Shown piece after piece: positions 11,039 through 21,173 of a stretch of 64,000 nucleotides of DNA. The stretch comes from Candidatus Marinacidobacterales bacterium (GTDB taxonomy: Bacteria; Acidobacteriota; Vicinamibacteria; Marinacidobacterales; SMYC01): positions 2,912,001-2,976,000 of the forward strand of contig OZ250169.1 in assembly GCA_965237955.1 (NCBI GenBank). Direction: 5' to 3'. The notes below the pieces were generated by a model. The model was not told the origin of the DNA and searched no databases. It saw only the letters and a list, made by a program, of their open reading frames with translations. The stretch's first letter is position 1. Every line of letters begins with the position of its first letter. The position numbers were made by a program, and so were the translations under genes.

Positions 11039-11305
11039 GCCTTGGTGCACAACTCCGATAGAGGCCGAGAACTCGCTTGGCCCCGACTCCCATCATCCGA
11101 TCATCTCGCTATCAGGCATCCCGAGCGCCGTCACCGTGTTGAGAATCTTGCACCCGATCCTTGCCTCGACTCTCTGTGCCGCCAGCCCTCTCGCTCGCAT
11201 TGCTGAGCCCACGATAGCCTTGTAAGCGATGGAACGTTGTCTCGACTTTGCTCCGTTTGCTGTAGCCCGATTCTGTGTGCCACTTTCGTTTGCCGAGCCG
11301 AGCTT
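11039..11305 (-). mobile_element. IS5-family element B, right-end remnant
   Basis: Near-identical to 25585..25850; YKAIVG...RIGCKILN...LGMPDS. Confidence 0.8.
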
Positions 11306-11413
11306 CCCCGCTCTGGCCGAGGGTTTCGACTTAATCATCGGTAGAAGAAGGGTTCTATCCCCGCAGCGTTCGGGGGAAGAATCATATCCCCTGCCTCAGT
11401 TCTATGCCCTCCA

Positions 11414-12019
11414 TTACTTTGCGCGGTCTTCCGGGGATTGCGAATCGCCATCGTCGACCTCTGGCTCAGCAGCCTCTGGCTCAGCAACCTCTGGCTCAGC
11501 AACCTCTGGCTCGGCAGCCTCTGGCTCGGCAGCGTCCGGCTCAGCAGCGTCCGGCTCGGCAGCCTCTGGCTTAGCAGCCTCCGGCTCGGCAACCTCCGGC
11601 TCAGCAGCGTCCGGCTCGGCAGCCTCCGGCTCAGCAGCGTCCGGCTCGGCAGCGTCCGGCTCAGCAGCGTCCGGCTCAGCAGCGTCCGGCTCGGCAGCGT
11701 CCGGCTCGGCAGCCTCTGGCTCGGCAGCGTCCGGCTCGGCAGCCTCCGGCTCAGCAGCCTCCGGCTCAGCAGCGTCCGGCTCGGCAGCGTCCGGCTCAGC
11801 AGCGTCCGGCTCGGCAGCGTCCGGCTCGGCAGCGTCCGGCTCAGCAGCGTCCGGCTCAGCAGCGTCCGGCTTGGCAGCGTCCGGCTCAGCAGCCTCCGGC
11901 TCAGCAGCCTCCGGCTCAGCAAGAACAGCGGTGATTCGTGGAACTAGCTTATGCAGCAGCTTCTCCACCTGTGCCACCAACTCCGATGTCATCTCGGCAA
12001 TCGTTTTATTGTCTTTCAT
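11414..12019 (-). CDS. Acidic low-complexity protein with about 31 EP(D/E)(A/V)A pentapeptide repeats
   Basis: ATG after gagagg RBS; short helical N-terminus then repeats. Confidence 0.6.
   Translation of the reverse strand: MKDNKTIAEMTSELVAQVEKLLHKLVPRITAVLAEPEAAEPEAAEPDAAKPDAAEPDAAEPDAAEPDAAEPDAAEPDAAEPDAAEPEAAEPEAAEPDAAEPEAAEPDAAEPDAAEPDAAEPDAAEPDAAEPEAAEPDAAEPEVAEPEAAKPEAAEPDAAEPDAAEPEAAEPEVAEPEVAEPEAAEPEVDDGDSQSPEDRAK
11459..11920. repeat. 15-bp tandem repeat array, about 31 units
   Basis: Unit (g/c)tccggctc(a/g)gcagc. Confidence 0.95.
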
Positions 12020-12112
12020 TGAAACCTCTCAAATTCCTGGCATTTCTCAAGCCCGTGGACACGTTGCATCGGTTTCCGGACCCAAGAATCTATCACACGA
12101 CAGCTTGATTTC

Positions 12113-12225
12113 GGTGCTTCTGCCATCAAGTGTTGCTTCAGTTGGCCTGCCTGTGCCGGCGAACGCGTCGTGTCCAAAAATACAAACGAACTCAAGATCG
12201 GCACGCCGGGACGTTTCGGAATAGA
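12113..12225 (+). repeat. end-5 repeat (GGTGCTTCYGCCATCAAGTG) followed by end-2
   Basis: end-5 also at ~14216(-), 18780, 20306(-), 31268(-), 43930, 62159(-), 62175(-), 63899(-); end-2 starts at 12166. Confidence 0.75.
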
Positions 12226-12235
12226 TTGATGACAG

Positions 12236-12426
12236 CTAGTGGCCCCACTGGTAGTTGATGCGGGCGTAGTAGTACCCGCCACTTAAACCCCACGGCGTGA
12301 ACTGGCTGTAGGGGAGGCCGAACTCGGCAGCGAAAAGGTCCATCCTGTCCGAGAAAACGTCAAATATGTTTTGGCCACCGACCGCCAGCGTCACCTCGTT
12401 GGCGAGTGGGATGCTGGCCTCAAGGT
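12236..12426 (-). pseudogene. TonB-dependent receptor C-terminal fragment
   Basis: LAVGGQNIFD...PWGLSGGYYYARINYQW; cut by IS5. Confidence 0.75.
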
Positions 12427-13512
12427 GGCGTTGTTGCACGGCCCGGAGCAAATCGCTGACCTCCCTGTGCCGGTTGCAGAGTCACCCGGCGCAGTACGTA
12501 TCGGGCATCCCGAGCGCAGCCATCTTGTTGAGTATCTCGCACCCAATTCGGTGTTCAACTCGTTGCCTCGCCAACGTTCGAGCCCGCATCTCCGGCCCGA
12601 TGATCGCCTTGTAACGATAGACCGCGTTCTCCACCATGCTTCGCTTGGTGTAGCCTGAGAGCTTGTACCATTCACGTCGGCCGTGTCTTTCGATTGCACG
12701 AATATGGCGATCGCGCTCCTGCAATGGCGGTGTTCGAATTCTGACTGAGCGTCGCGTTTCGTTGCGGCGGAATCACCACGCGCGTCCTTCGTCCAGGACT
12801 GTGCGCTTCGATGGCTTCGTAGACCGCTTCCTTGTCGTATGCACTGTCCGCCGCCACCGACACTAGAGGTGCTTGAATCTGTGTTAGCAAAGCGGGGACT
12901 CGGGTTGCGTCGCGAGCTCGTGACGCCGTCAGTTCGGACGCAACAATGTTCCCTGTCTCGCGATCAACGGCGATGTGCAACTTGCGCCATGCGCGCTGCT
13001 TTGGCGGTTTGCGAGCGTTTCCAACATGAATCCTCAAGCCCGTGCTATCGATCACCAGGTGGATGGGTTGAGTGCTCGCGGCTTTCGGAATCCGCAGCTT
13101 CTTGCGGAGCAACCTCGAGCGCCGACACAACGTCGAGTAGTCCGGGATCTCGATACCGAGCCCGAGAAGCGAGGCGATCGAGTGCAAGAAGCCTTCGGTT
13201 TGTCGGTAGGCGAGCTTGTACACCATCCGGACAACCAGGCCCGTTTCAATCGCCATGTCTGAATAGACCCGTTGACCGCCAAGCTTACCGGTCTTGTCGG
13301 CCTTCCAGTTCGCGATTGCCTCCTCGTCAAACCAGACTGTCAAATCGCCCCGGCGGCGCAGCCCTTCGTTGTATTCCGCCCAGTTGCGAACGTGGTACTT
13401 CTTCTGCTTCGCGTGCTTGTACTGGCAGCGCTTGGGATACTTCATGCTCGAACATACCTCGGCCACCACCATAGGCGGATTTCGCTCTCAGCCAGAGCGG
13501 TGCAACAACGCC
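12427..13512 (-). mobile_element. IS5-family (IS903-like) element A, copy 1, frameshifted
   Basis: IR GGCGTTGTTGCAC; IDSTG, WRKLH, ADSAYD, RSMVE; extra A near 12725; no TSD. Confidence 0.92.
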
Positions 13513-13656
13513 GATGAAAGTCGTCGAGCATCGAACACTGCACCCGTATCCCGAACAGCGACTGCGCGTCATGACCTGAGGTAGGAGCCCAGTGCGTTAG
13601 CAGCGCTCGCTGGGATCTGTGCGGGGGGCCGCCCGTGAGGGCGGTCCCTACCGCGA
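13513..13656 (+). ncRNA. Group II intron 3' remnant (RT C-terminus plus domains V-VI)
   Basis: LHPYPEQRLRVMT-stop then GAGCCCAGTGCG...CGCTCGCTGGGATCTGTGCGGGGGG...CCCTACCGCGA. Confidence 0.8.
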
Positions 13657-14035
13657 AGATTGAGGGTGCACTGCATGCAGGCTTCTGATCAGGCTCCATC
13701 GTTGTCCTCTTGGTCGTGACTCGGCCAATGGCGCTCCGCGATAGGGGCGGAGCAGGGCATGCCACCACAACAGCCCGAGCGACTGGCTGTCGCGCGAGGT
13801 GTGTCCCTTCAGAAAATGAGACAGACCCTCTCCGCAAACGCGACCAGAGTCTTCGCATTCGATGGCATCGATGCGGCCTTCGAGATCAAACCGTCGTGAC
13901 CTTCGGCGAGCCTGCGGCAGAGGAGTCGCCGTCGCCTACATGCAGCTTCTGCCATGGTCGCCGCGGTTATTGTCAAGTTAAGCAGAATCGGCTGACCGAC
14001 AATTTCGTTCGCCAACATACGCAGGCCAACTGACA

Positions 14036-14168
14036 CTAGTCCCCTGTAGCAGAAACAACTAGACAAAGCAGAGCTTGCCGAAACCATTCTAAGTGCATGA
14101 CTCTTATGAATCTTATGGGCTGGCTAAAAGTCTAACTTTGTATAGTAATCAAAGACCCAGGGGACTAG
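14036..14168. mobile_element. MITE with CTAGTCCCCTG ends
   Basis: 11-bp IR; empty site gacactagcattcaaa at ~60687. Confidence 0.7.
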
Positions 14169-14199
14169 CATTCAAATGCCTCTAGCGGTGTAACACTAC

Positions 14200-14880
14200 T
14201 TGATGGCAGAAGCACCTTCTCGGAGGGTATACTTCGCCTCAAGAATGTTCTACCGATCTCCGGATGCATATCGGCGATTTGCCCGGGAAGCTATACGTAA
14301 AAAGCGAGCAAAGGATCGGGCAAAGGCGAGCACTGGGAAGCCGACGAAAACCAAAGCATTGCAGGTTGCGGAGCCCCCACCAATCCGACCGGAGGTGCTA
14401 ACGGGCGAGGGAGATGTTGGCGAACGGGTTGCTACCCTTGGGCGTTGTTTCGCCGACGGGGTGATGCACCACTACCACCTATCGACGGGCCACATGGCCC
14501 AGATGCCACGCTCGGATGTTCGCCCTGAGACGCTGGCCGCGTTGCGGCCCATTATCAAGGTGGCCACCAGCGGCCATGTGGTGCCGTTGCCCGGATTCAC
14601 CGAATACTTTCTAAGCATCAGGAACACCTGGATCGGCGCGGTGGGCTGGCTCATTGAGGGAACCGAGCGCCGAGTCATGGTTCGTTGCGTGACGGCCTGG
14701 ACGGTCGGGGGCGCAGCGAAGGGCGTGCGCTGGTTGGCGGCGGAGCTACCGGCGGAGCTGGACTTGCCCTGTTGTCTGGTCAGGCTTGGAGTACCACTGC
14801 TTGAGGACCCCGTAGCGGCAAGTTTGCTTGATGATGCTGAGCGGTGCATTGGCTGGGCGTTGCTACCCACCGCGCCCTAG
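14200..14880 (+). CDS. Hypothetical protein, paralog of 10549..11010; start uncertain (possibly 14265)
   Basis: Shared conserved motifs; first codons fall in the end-5 repeat. Confidence 0.65.
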   Translation: MMAEAPSRRVYFASRMFYRSPDAYRRFAREAIRKKRAKDRAKASTGKPTKTKALQVAEPPPIRPEVLTGEGDVGERVATLGRCFADGVMHHYHLSTGHMAQMPRSDVRPETLAALRPIIKVATSGHVVPLPGFTEYFLSIRNTWIGAVGWLIEGTERRVMVRCVTAWTVGGAAKGVRWLAAELPAELDLPCCLVRLGVPLLEDPVAASLLDDAERCIGWALLPTAP

Positions 14881-14982
14881 CCTTTTTACCGGCATTGTCA
14901 AGTTGAGGCTGACGGCCGTTTCTGATGCGCAGCATGGTGGGTTCACCACGGGCTTGAGCCTAGTATCTTGGGGGTCGGTCTT

Positions 14983-15060
14983 TCGCGGTAGGGACCGCCC
15001 TTACGGGCGGCCCCCCGCACAGATCCCAGCGAGCGCTGCTAACGCACTGGGCTCCTACCT
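14983..15060 (-). ncRNA. Group II intron domains V-VI remnant, second copy
   Basis: Reverse complement of 13579..13656 with one loop change; cut by IS3 at 15061. Confidence 0.8.
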
Positions 15061-16623
15061 TGTTTCGGTTCAGCTGGAACATGACAGTCCTGAAGTTAAA
15101 ATACGCACAGGAAAAAGGAGCTGTCATGAGCAAAGGTCGTCGTCGTCACACTGCGGAGCAAAAGGCAGAGCTGTTGCGCCAGCACGTTGCCGAGAAAAAG
15201 CCGGTCTCGGAGGTATGCAACGAGGCAGAAATCCAGCCGAGCCTGTTCTACACATGGCAAAGGGAGCTATTGGCTGGAGCCCATACGGTGTTTTCGTTCC
15301 GTCGTGCGCCGAGCCGTGAGAAGGAGCTAGAGGAGAAGCTCTCCCGTCTCGAGGCGAAGGTGGCCCGTAAGGATCAGATCATCGCTGAGGTGACCGAAGA
15401 GTACGTGACACTCAAAAAAACTTGGGGAAGCCTGAGTGGTGCCTGGATTCCCCATGACCGTCGTGACGAGGTTGTCGACTTCGTGAACACAATCGCCACC
15501 AAGACCCAGCTTCCGGTCCAGCAGATCGTTCAGTGGTGCGGGATCGCTCGGGGCAAGTTCTACGACTGGCGCAAGCGGTACGGGAAGGTGAATGAGCACA
15601 ACGGCCTGGTGCCGCGGGATCACTGGATCGAAGAATGGGAGCGCCAGTCCGTGATCGACTACTTCGACTGCCACCCACTGGACGGGTATCGCCGACTCAC
15701 GTTCATGATGCTGGACGAAGACGTGGTGGCAGTTAGCCCCTCGACGACGTACCGGGTGTTGTCGAAGGCGGGTCGTCTGGACCGTTGGAACCCGAAGCCG
15801 TCGAAGAAGGGAACGGGCTTCGTTCAGCCGCTGCGAGCGCACCAGCACTGGCACACGGATATCTCGTACTTGAACCTGGGTGGGACGTTCTACTACCTCT
15901 GCTCGTTTCTGGATGGTGCGAGCCGCGCGGTGGTTCACTGGGAGATTCGTGAGTCGATGACGGAAGCGGATGTGGAGTGCATCTTGGAGCGAGCAAAGGA
16001 GCGGTACCCCGATGCGCGGCCTCGAATCATCTCGGACAACGGTCCGCAGTACATCGCGAAGGACTTCAAGGCATTCATCCGCATCTCAGGGATGACGCAC
16101 GTGAGGACCGCGCCGTACTACCCGCAATCGAACGGGAAGATCGAGCGTTGGCACAAGACGATAAAATCGGACGCCCTGCGTCCTGCCAGCCCCAACGAGC
16201 CTCGAAGAGGCTCGCCGCTTGATGGAACGATTCGTCGAATATTACAACGGGGTTCGCCTGCACAGCGCGATCGGCTACATTGCGCCGCTGGACTTCATGG
16301 ATGGCAAGGCCACCCAGATCTGGTCGGAGCGAGACCGCAAACTCGAGCAGGCTCGGAAGCTGCGGCGTGAGCGCCGTGCGAACAAGGTGCCCGCATGAAC
16401 ACTCTGATCCCAGGAGCCCCACTCCGTTCCCTCTCGCCCACAAGCATTGAGTACCAGAGAGCGCAGGGGGCGTCAAGGGCGGCGAAGCCGGCGCGCGCAG
16501 CGCGCTTTACCCTTGACGCCCCCGAGCACTCTGGTACGATCCCTGGGGCGATAGGGGACATCCTGCCGCCGGGCGTTGCGTTAACGTCCAACCTCGCTGT
16601 CATCTTCACGCTGAACCAATACA
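15061..16623 (+). mobile_element. IS3/IS481-like element, transposase 15126..~16400 with late frameshift
   Basis: IR TGTTTCGGTTCAGC/TGTATTGGTTCAGC; WHTDI, SDNGPQY, SNGKIERWH; no TSD. Confidence 0.9.
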
Positions 16624-17657
16624 GTACGATGGCAGCAAGAACCGGAGTCCAGGCCGACCTCCGACGGCGAAGGACATCCGTGAGCTCATTGTGCGCGTGG
16701 CGCGGGAGAACCCGACGTGGGGATATACGCGCCTGCGAGGCGCACTCAAGAACCTAGGACATGAACTCGGACGCAACACTATCAAGAGGATCCTCGCCGA
16801 GCACGGTATCGCGCCTGCCCCGGAGCGGGGCAGGAGCATGTCGTGGAGCACCTTCATCAAGGCTCATTGGGGCGCCATCGCTGCGGCAGACCTGTTCACC
16901 GTCGAGGTTGTGAACCCGTTCGGGCTCGTCCGCTACCATGTCCTGTTTGTCATCGATATCGCCACTCGCTGCGTGTGCATCGGTGGGATAACGTCGGACC
17001 CCAACGGGGAGTGGATGAAGCAGGTGGCAAGAAACCTCACTGACATGTGGGATGGTTTCCTCCTTGGCAAGCGATACCTCATCCACGACCGGGACCCGCT
17101 ATTCACCGAGGCGGTACGTGGTCTGTTGAGAGATTCAGGCGTGAAGCCCCTTCGCCTTCCCGCTAATAGTCCGAATCTGAACGCATATGCGGAAAGATTC
17201 GTTCTCTCCATACGTCGAGAGTGTCTCGACCGCTTCGTACCTCTCAGTGAGCGACACCTGCGCACAGCGGTAACCGAATACGTAGTGCACTATCACACAG
17301 AACGGAACCACCAAGGTCTCGGCAACGAGCTCCTCACACCTCTGCCGGCAAGCGCGAATGACGCTGGCCCCATCGTGTCGCGAGAGCGACTTGGGGGCAT
17401 TCTCAACTACTACTGCCGTGCCGCGTAGATGGTCGCCGGCGACGGTAGCCCCTCGGCGGGATCGACCGGCGTAGCGTGGAAACCGCTTCAGGAACACGCT
17501 TCGATATTCGCTCTCGACTAGGAGGTCATCTGCATGGTGACGACCCGCCCGCCCAAGACGATTGTAAAGCCCACGGCCCTTGGCCCGGTCGCAAACACAG
17601 ACACTAAGTTGCTGATTTATGGCCTATTTCAAAAGGGCCGAGTTTTGGCACAGGACG
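16624..17657 (+). mobile_element. end-1 rve-integrase IS, 3' two-thirds
   Basis: Matches the full copies from YDGSKNR to the right end; 5' part lost at the IS3 end. Confidence 0.92.
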
Positions 17658-17768
17658 GGGTGGAGTTTCGAGTACCTGGGCTATTGCCGATACGGCTCAC
17701 AAGTGGCGGTCCGGATTGGTCCGATGGAAAGCTCGAAGACAGGTTGAGCATGAGCGTGTGGGGCAGCC

Positions 17769-18563
17769 GTGCCGGCTGAGCCGCTGGTGCTCGTCGCCAG
17801 TGCCTCCCTCAAGCCCGGCGAGGTGAGCGAGCTTCGAAAGCTCGCTCAGAGTGGAGCCCGAATCGTCGCCTGGCAACACCCGTCCATCGTTCAGGAGCGT
17901 TTCCGAAGTCCGGATGTGGCAGGCTATCTGACTGGCCAAGGTATCTCTAGCACGCCGCTCGAGGCGGCTCTGGGCGAATCCGCCGGCGCAGAGATCGACG
18001 ATGCGGTCATTGCCTGGCTCAAAGAGTTTGGCCGCAAGCCTCTCGGCCCCGCAGGAAGCTTTCGAGATCAGTTTCGGCACCAAGGTCTCGCTCTCTGGTG
18101 GTGGGCGGAGCTGTTTTTATATCACGACACACCTTTGCGACTATTTGTGCGCGACATCGAGGCCTTGTCGCGTTTGATCGACCAGGAGAGGCCCTCGCGC
18201 CTGTTCATCTTCGGGACGGCCCGAGTACTGGCGGCTGCAGCTCGCCGGCGGTTAACCCACGTTGAGCTGCGCGGTCGTTTCAACAGCCTGCCATCCAACT
18301 TTCTCAGAACGTCGATACGATTCAAGATCGCGCAGCTCAAGATGCTGGGAACGGGCCTCAAGAACGTCTTCGCGCGAAAGCGGAAGCAGGCGGAGGCGAG
18401 CTCGAGCGGTCGACGGATCTTGTTCCTCACGCATGCCTCCATGTGGCGGCAACGGGAGAACGAAGAGACGGGAGCTACCGAGCTTGTCGATATGTACTTC
18501 GACCAGCTGCCGTTGCGGCTCGCGGCCGGCGGTGATGCCGTGGGGATGGTGGCCTTCGGTCCC
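17769..18563 (+). pseudogene. Probable polysaccharide-biosynthesis-associated protein, 3'-truncated
   Basis: Long ORF with LWWWAE and RILFLTH...DMYFD motifs; cut by end-1. Confidence 0.5.
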
Positions 18564-18881
18564 CGTCCTGTGCCAAAACTCGGCCCTCTTGAAATAGCCG
18601 ATAAATCAGCAGCTTAGCGTCTGTGTTTTGCGACGGTGCCAAGGGCTGTGGGCTTTACAATCGTCTGGCTCGAGGGTGTTATCTTCGGATCCATCATGAC
18701 GTACCATGTGCAAATCCTACTGTTGGTCAGGCAGCCGTTGTTCGATCGGGCAGCCCTTGCTGCTCACACAGACCTCATGGGTGCTTCCGCCATTAAGTGT
18801 TGGTAACATGACGCTAAGACTTTACGGTGCATTAAATTACAGCCATGGTCTTTCAAAAGGGCCGAGTTTTGGCACAGGACG
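18564..18881. mobile_element. MITE-E, 318 bp (end-1, integrase first codons, internal end-5, end-1)
   Basis: Near-identical copy at 43713..44030; partial inverted copy at 31168..31330. Confidence 0.88.
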
Positions 18882-19474
18882 GGATCGGGGAAAAGGAGGA
18901 AGGGGAGACAATCGAAGTGCGCTCCTACAGCAACTGCGATCGCGTCGAGCTCTTTCTCAACGGCGAGACCTACGGCGTTCGGGAGATGGTGCCCACCTCG
19001 CACGCGAAGTGGGACGTGAAATGGAAACCGGGAGTCCTCCTCGCCAAGTGCTACAAGGGAGATGAAGTCGTAGCCACGAAGAAAGTCGAGACAACCGGGA
19101 ACCCGGCGTCGGTAGTGCTTCTGCCCGACAGGACAACGATAAACGCTGACGGCGAGGACGTCTCGCTGGTCGCCGTGAAGATCGTTGACTCTGAAGGCAG
19201 AACCGTACCCACTGCGGACAACGAGGTAACATTCGAGATCAACGGACCCGGCGAGATCCTCGGCGTTGGCAACGGCAACCCGGGCAGCCTCGAACCGGAC
19301 AAAGCAAGCAAGCGCAAAGCGTTCAACGGCTTGTGCATGGCGCTGGTCCAATCCAAAACAGAGCTCGGCTCGATCAAGCTGACAGCCATATCGCCGGGTC
19401 TCGAGACTGCAGTCGCAGAGATTGAGGCAAGGAAATCCCTCATTCGTCCACGAGTGGCAGTAGTTGAGGAGTGA
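18882..19474 (+). pseudogene. GH2 beta-galactosidase C-terminal fragment (DUF4982/Ig domains)
   Basis: YSNCDRVELFLNG, WKPGVL, ADGEDVS, GVGNGNP, RKAFNG. Confidence 0.85.
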
Positions 19475-19479
19475 ACCAA

Positions 19480-20060
19480 CCTCATCCACGACCGGGACCC
19501 TCTATTCACCGAGGCGGTACGTGGGCTGTTGAGAGATTCAGGCGTGAAGCCCCTTCGCCTTCCCGCTAATAGTCCGAATCTGAACGCATATGCGGGAAGA
19601 TTCGTTCTCTCCATACGTCGAGAGTGTCTCGACCGCTTCGTACCTCTCAGTGAGCGACACCTGCGCACAGCGGTAACCGAATACGTAGTGCACTATCACA
19701 CAGAACGGAACCACCAAGGTCTCGGCAACGAGCTCCTCACGCCTCTGCCGGCAAGCGCGAATGACGCTGGCCCCATCGTGTCGCGAGAGCGACTTGGGGG
19801 CATTCTCAACTACTACTGCCGTGCCGCGTAGATTGTCGCCGGCGACGGTAGCCCCTCGGCGGGCTCGACCGGCGTAGCGTGGAAACCGCTTCAGGAACAC
19901 GCTTCGATATTCGCTCTCGACTAGGTGGTCATCTGCATGGTGACGACCCGCCTGCCCAAGACGATTGTAAAGCCCACGGCCCTTGGCCCGGTCGCAAACA
20001 CAGACACTAAGTTGCTGATTTATGGTCTATTTCAAAAGGGCCGAGTTTTGGCACAGGACG
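19480..20060 (+). mobile_element. end-1 rve-integrase IS, 3' fragment with right end
   Basis: LIHDRD...NYYCRAA; catalytic AER changed to AGR. Confidence 0.9.
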
Positions 20061-20190
20061 GGGACCGAAAGGCCCGAGTAAGTTGACGGCGCAGTTGGAG
20101 AGGCAGATTCGTGAGCTAGCAGTACAGGGACTGTCTTGTCGCACGATCGCGAAACGGCTGTGTCGTGGGAAGCGCATAGAATCCTCGATC

Positions 20191-20307
20191 ATGAGGATGC
20201 CGATGCAGCCCTTGACATGGTTGGTGGTCGCCATCGCTGGTTGGATCCAGCGTGACCAACAGGCCGCTTTAGCGTCATCTCACCAACACTTGATGGCGGA
20301 AGCACCA
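20191..20307 (+). mobile_element. N-terminus of a paralogous integrase fused to end-5
   Basis: MQPLTWLVVAIAGWIQRDQQ resembles [15 protein letters not shown]. Confidence 0.6.
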
Positions 20308-20321
20308 CACGACCTGGCACC

Positions 20322-20843
20322 TTATTTCTTGCGTCCTACTAGAAGAGTATTCGGGGGTTCCCGCCAGGCACATTCAGCATTAAATCCGGCTTCGCGCATG
20401 GCGGTAAGCTCGTCGTCGAGCGGGAAGTAGGTGTCTTCGGACGTCCACTCGTCGAAGTGCTCATAAGCGCGCCGTTCGTCGATGCCGCACGAAACCAAGT
20501 GGCCAGCCCATATGCGGTAGCACTGCTCCTGCCTCACCGGGTGTGCGCTCATGGTCACGTCGGCATTCACGAACACCCCGCCAGGGCGAAGCGCCCGGAA
20601 AATGCCCTTGTACAGTGCACGCTTGCGTTCCATCGTGGGAACGTGGTGCAGGGCCAGGCAAGCGGACACGGCGTCACATTCCGGGAGCGGAGATTCGAAG
20701 GAACACTTCTGGAAACGCGCACGGGCTCCGAATCGCTTGAGTCGGATACGTGCCCGGTCCAGCATCTCCGCATCCACGTCGATGGCCTCGACGACGCCCA
20801 CGCCTTCATGTTCCAGCATCGTCTCTGCCAGAGCCCCCGTTCC
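20322..20843 (-). pseudogene. Class I SAM-dependent methyltransferase, 5'-truncated inside motif I
   Basis: GTGAL, IDVDAEML, LALHH, ALRPGGVFVNAD. Confidence 0.85.
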
Positions 20844-21173
20844 CGTCCTGTGCCAAAACTCAGCCCTTTTGAAATAGACCATAAATCAGCAGCTTAGCGA
20901 CTGGGCCAAGGGCCCTTAGGCTCTACAGTTACCCAAAACCCGCGGTCGACGTTCGAGAGCCGCGGCCGTTTCACCGAACGGCGGAGGACGGCGAGCTGCT
21001 GCCGAAGAGCGACATTGTCGAGAGCCAGCTCGCGACGAGCCTTGAAGGCGGAGATGAGAGCGCGAACAAACGACGAAATCAAGCAGGCATGGTGCCGGCA
21101 GACCGGAGACTAATCAAGTTTGGGGCGCCCGGATGAATAAATAGAAGGCACAGCCGAGTTTTAGCACAGGACG
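20844..21173. mobile_element. MITE-D (end-1, integrase N-terminus MISSFVRAL, end-4, short end-1)
   Basis: Near-identical inverted copy at 39872..40182. Confidence 0.8.

Noticed and set aside
11459-11920. CRISPR array, or the + strand SGSAA and LGSVR ORFs
   Set aside because: Contiguous 15-bp units without spacers; the variation pattern and RBS favour the minus EPDAA frame.
18551-20075. Similar flanks ggcct(t)tcggtccc at two ends taken as a target duplication
   Set aside because: They are inverted rather than direct and lie in unrelated sequences; target preference or chance explains them.
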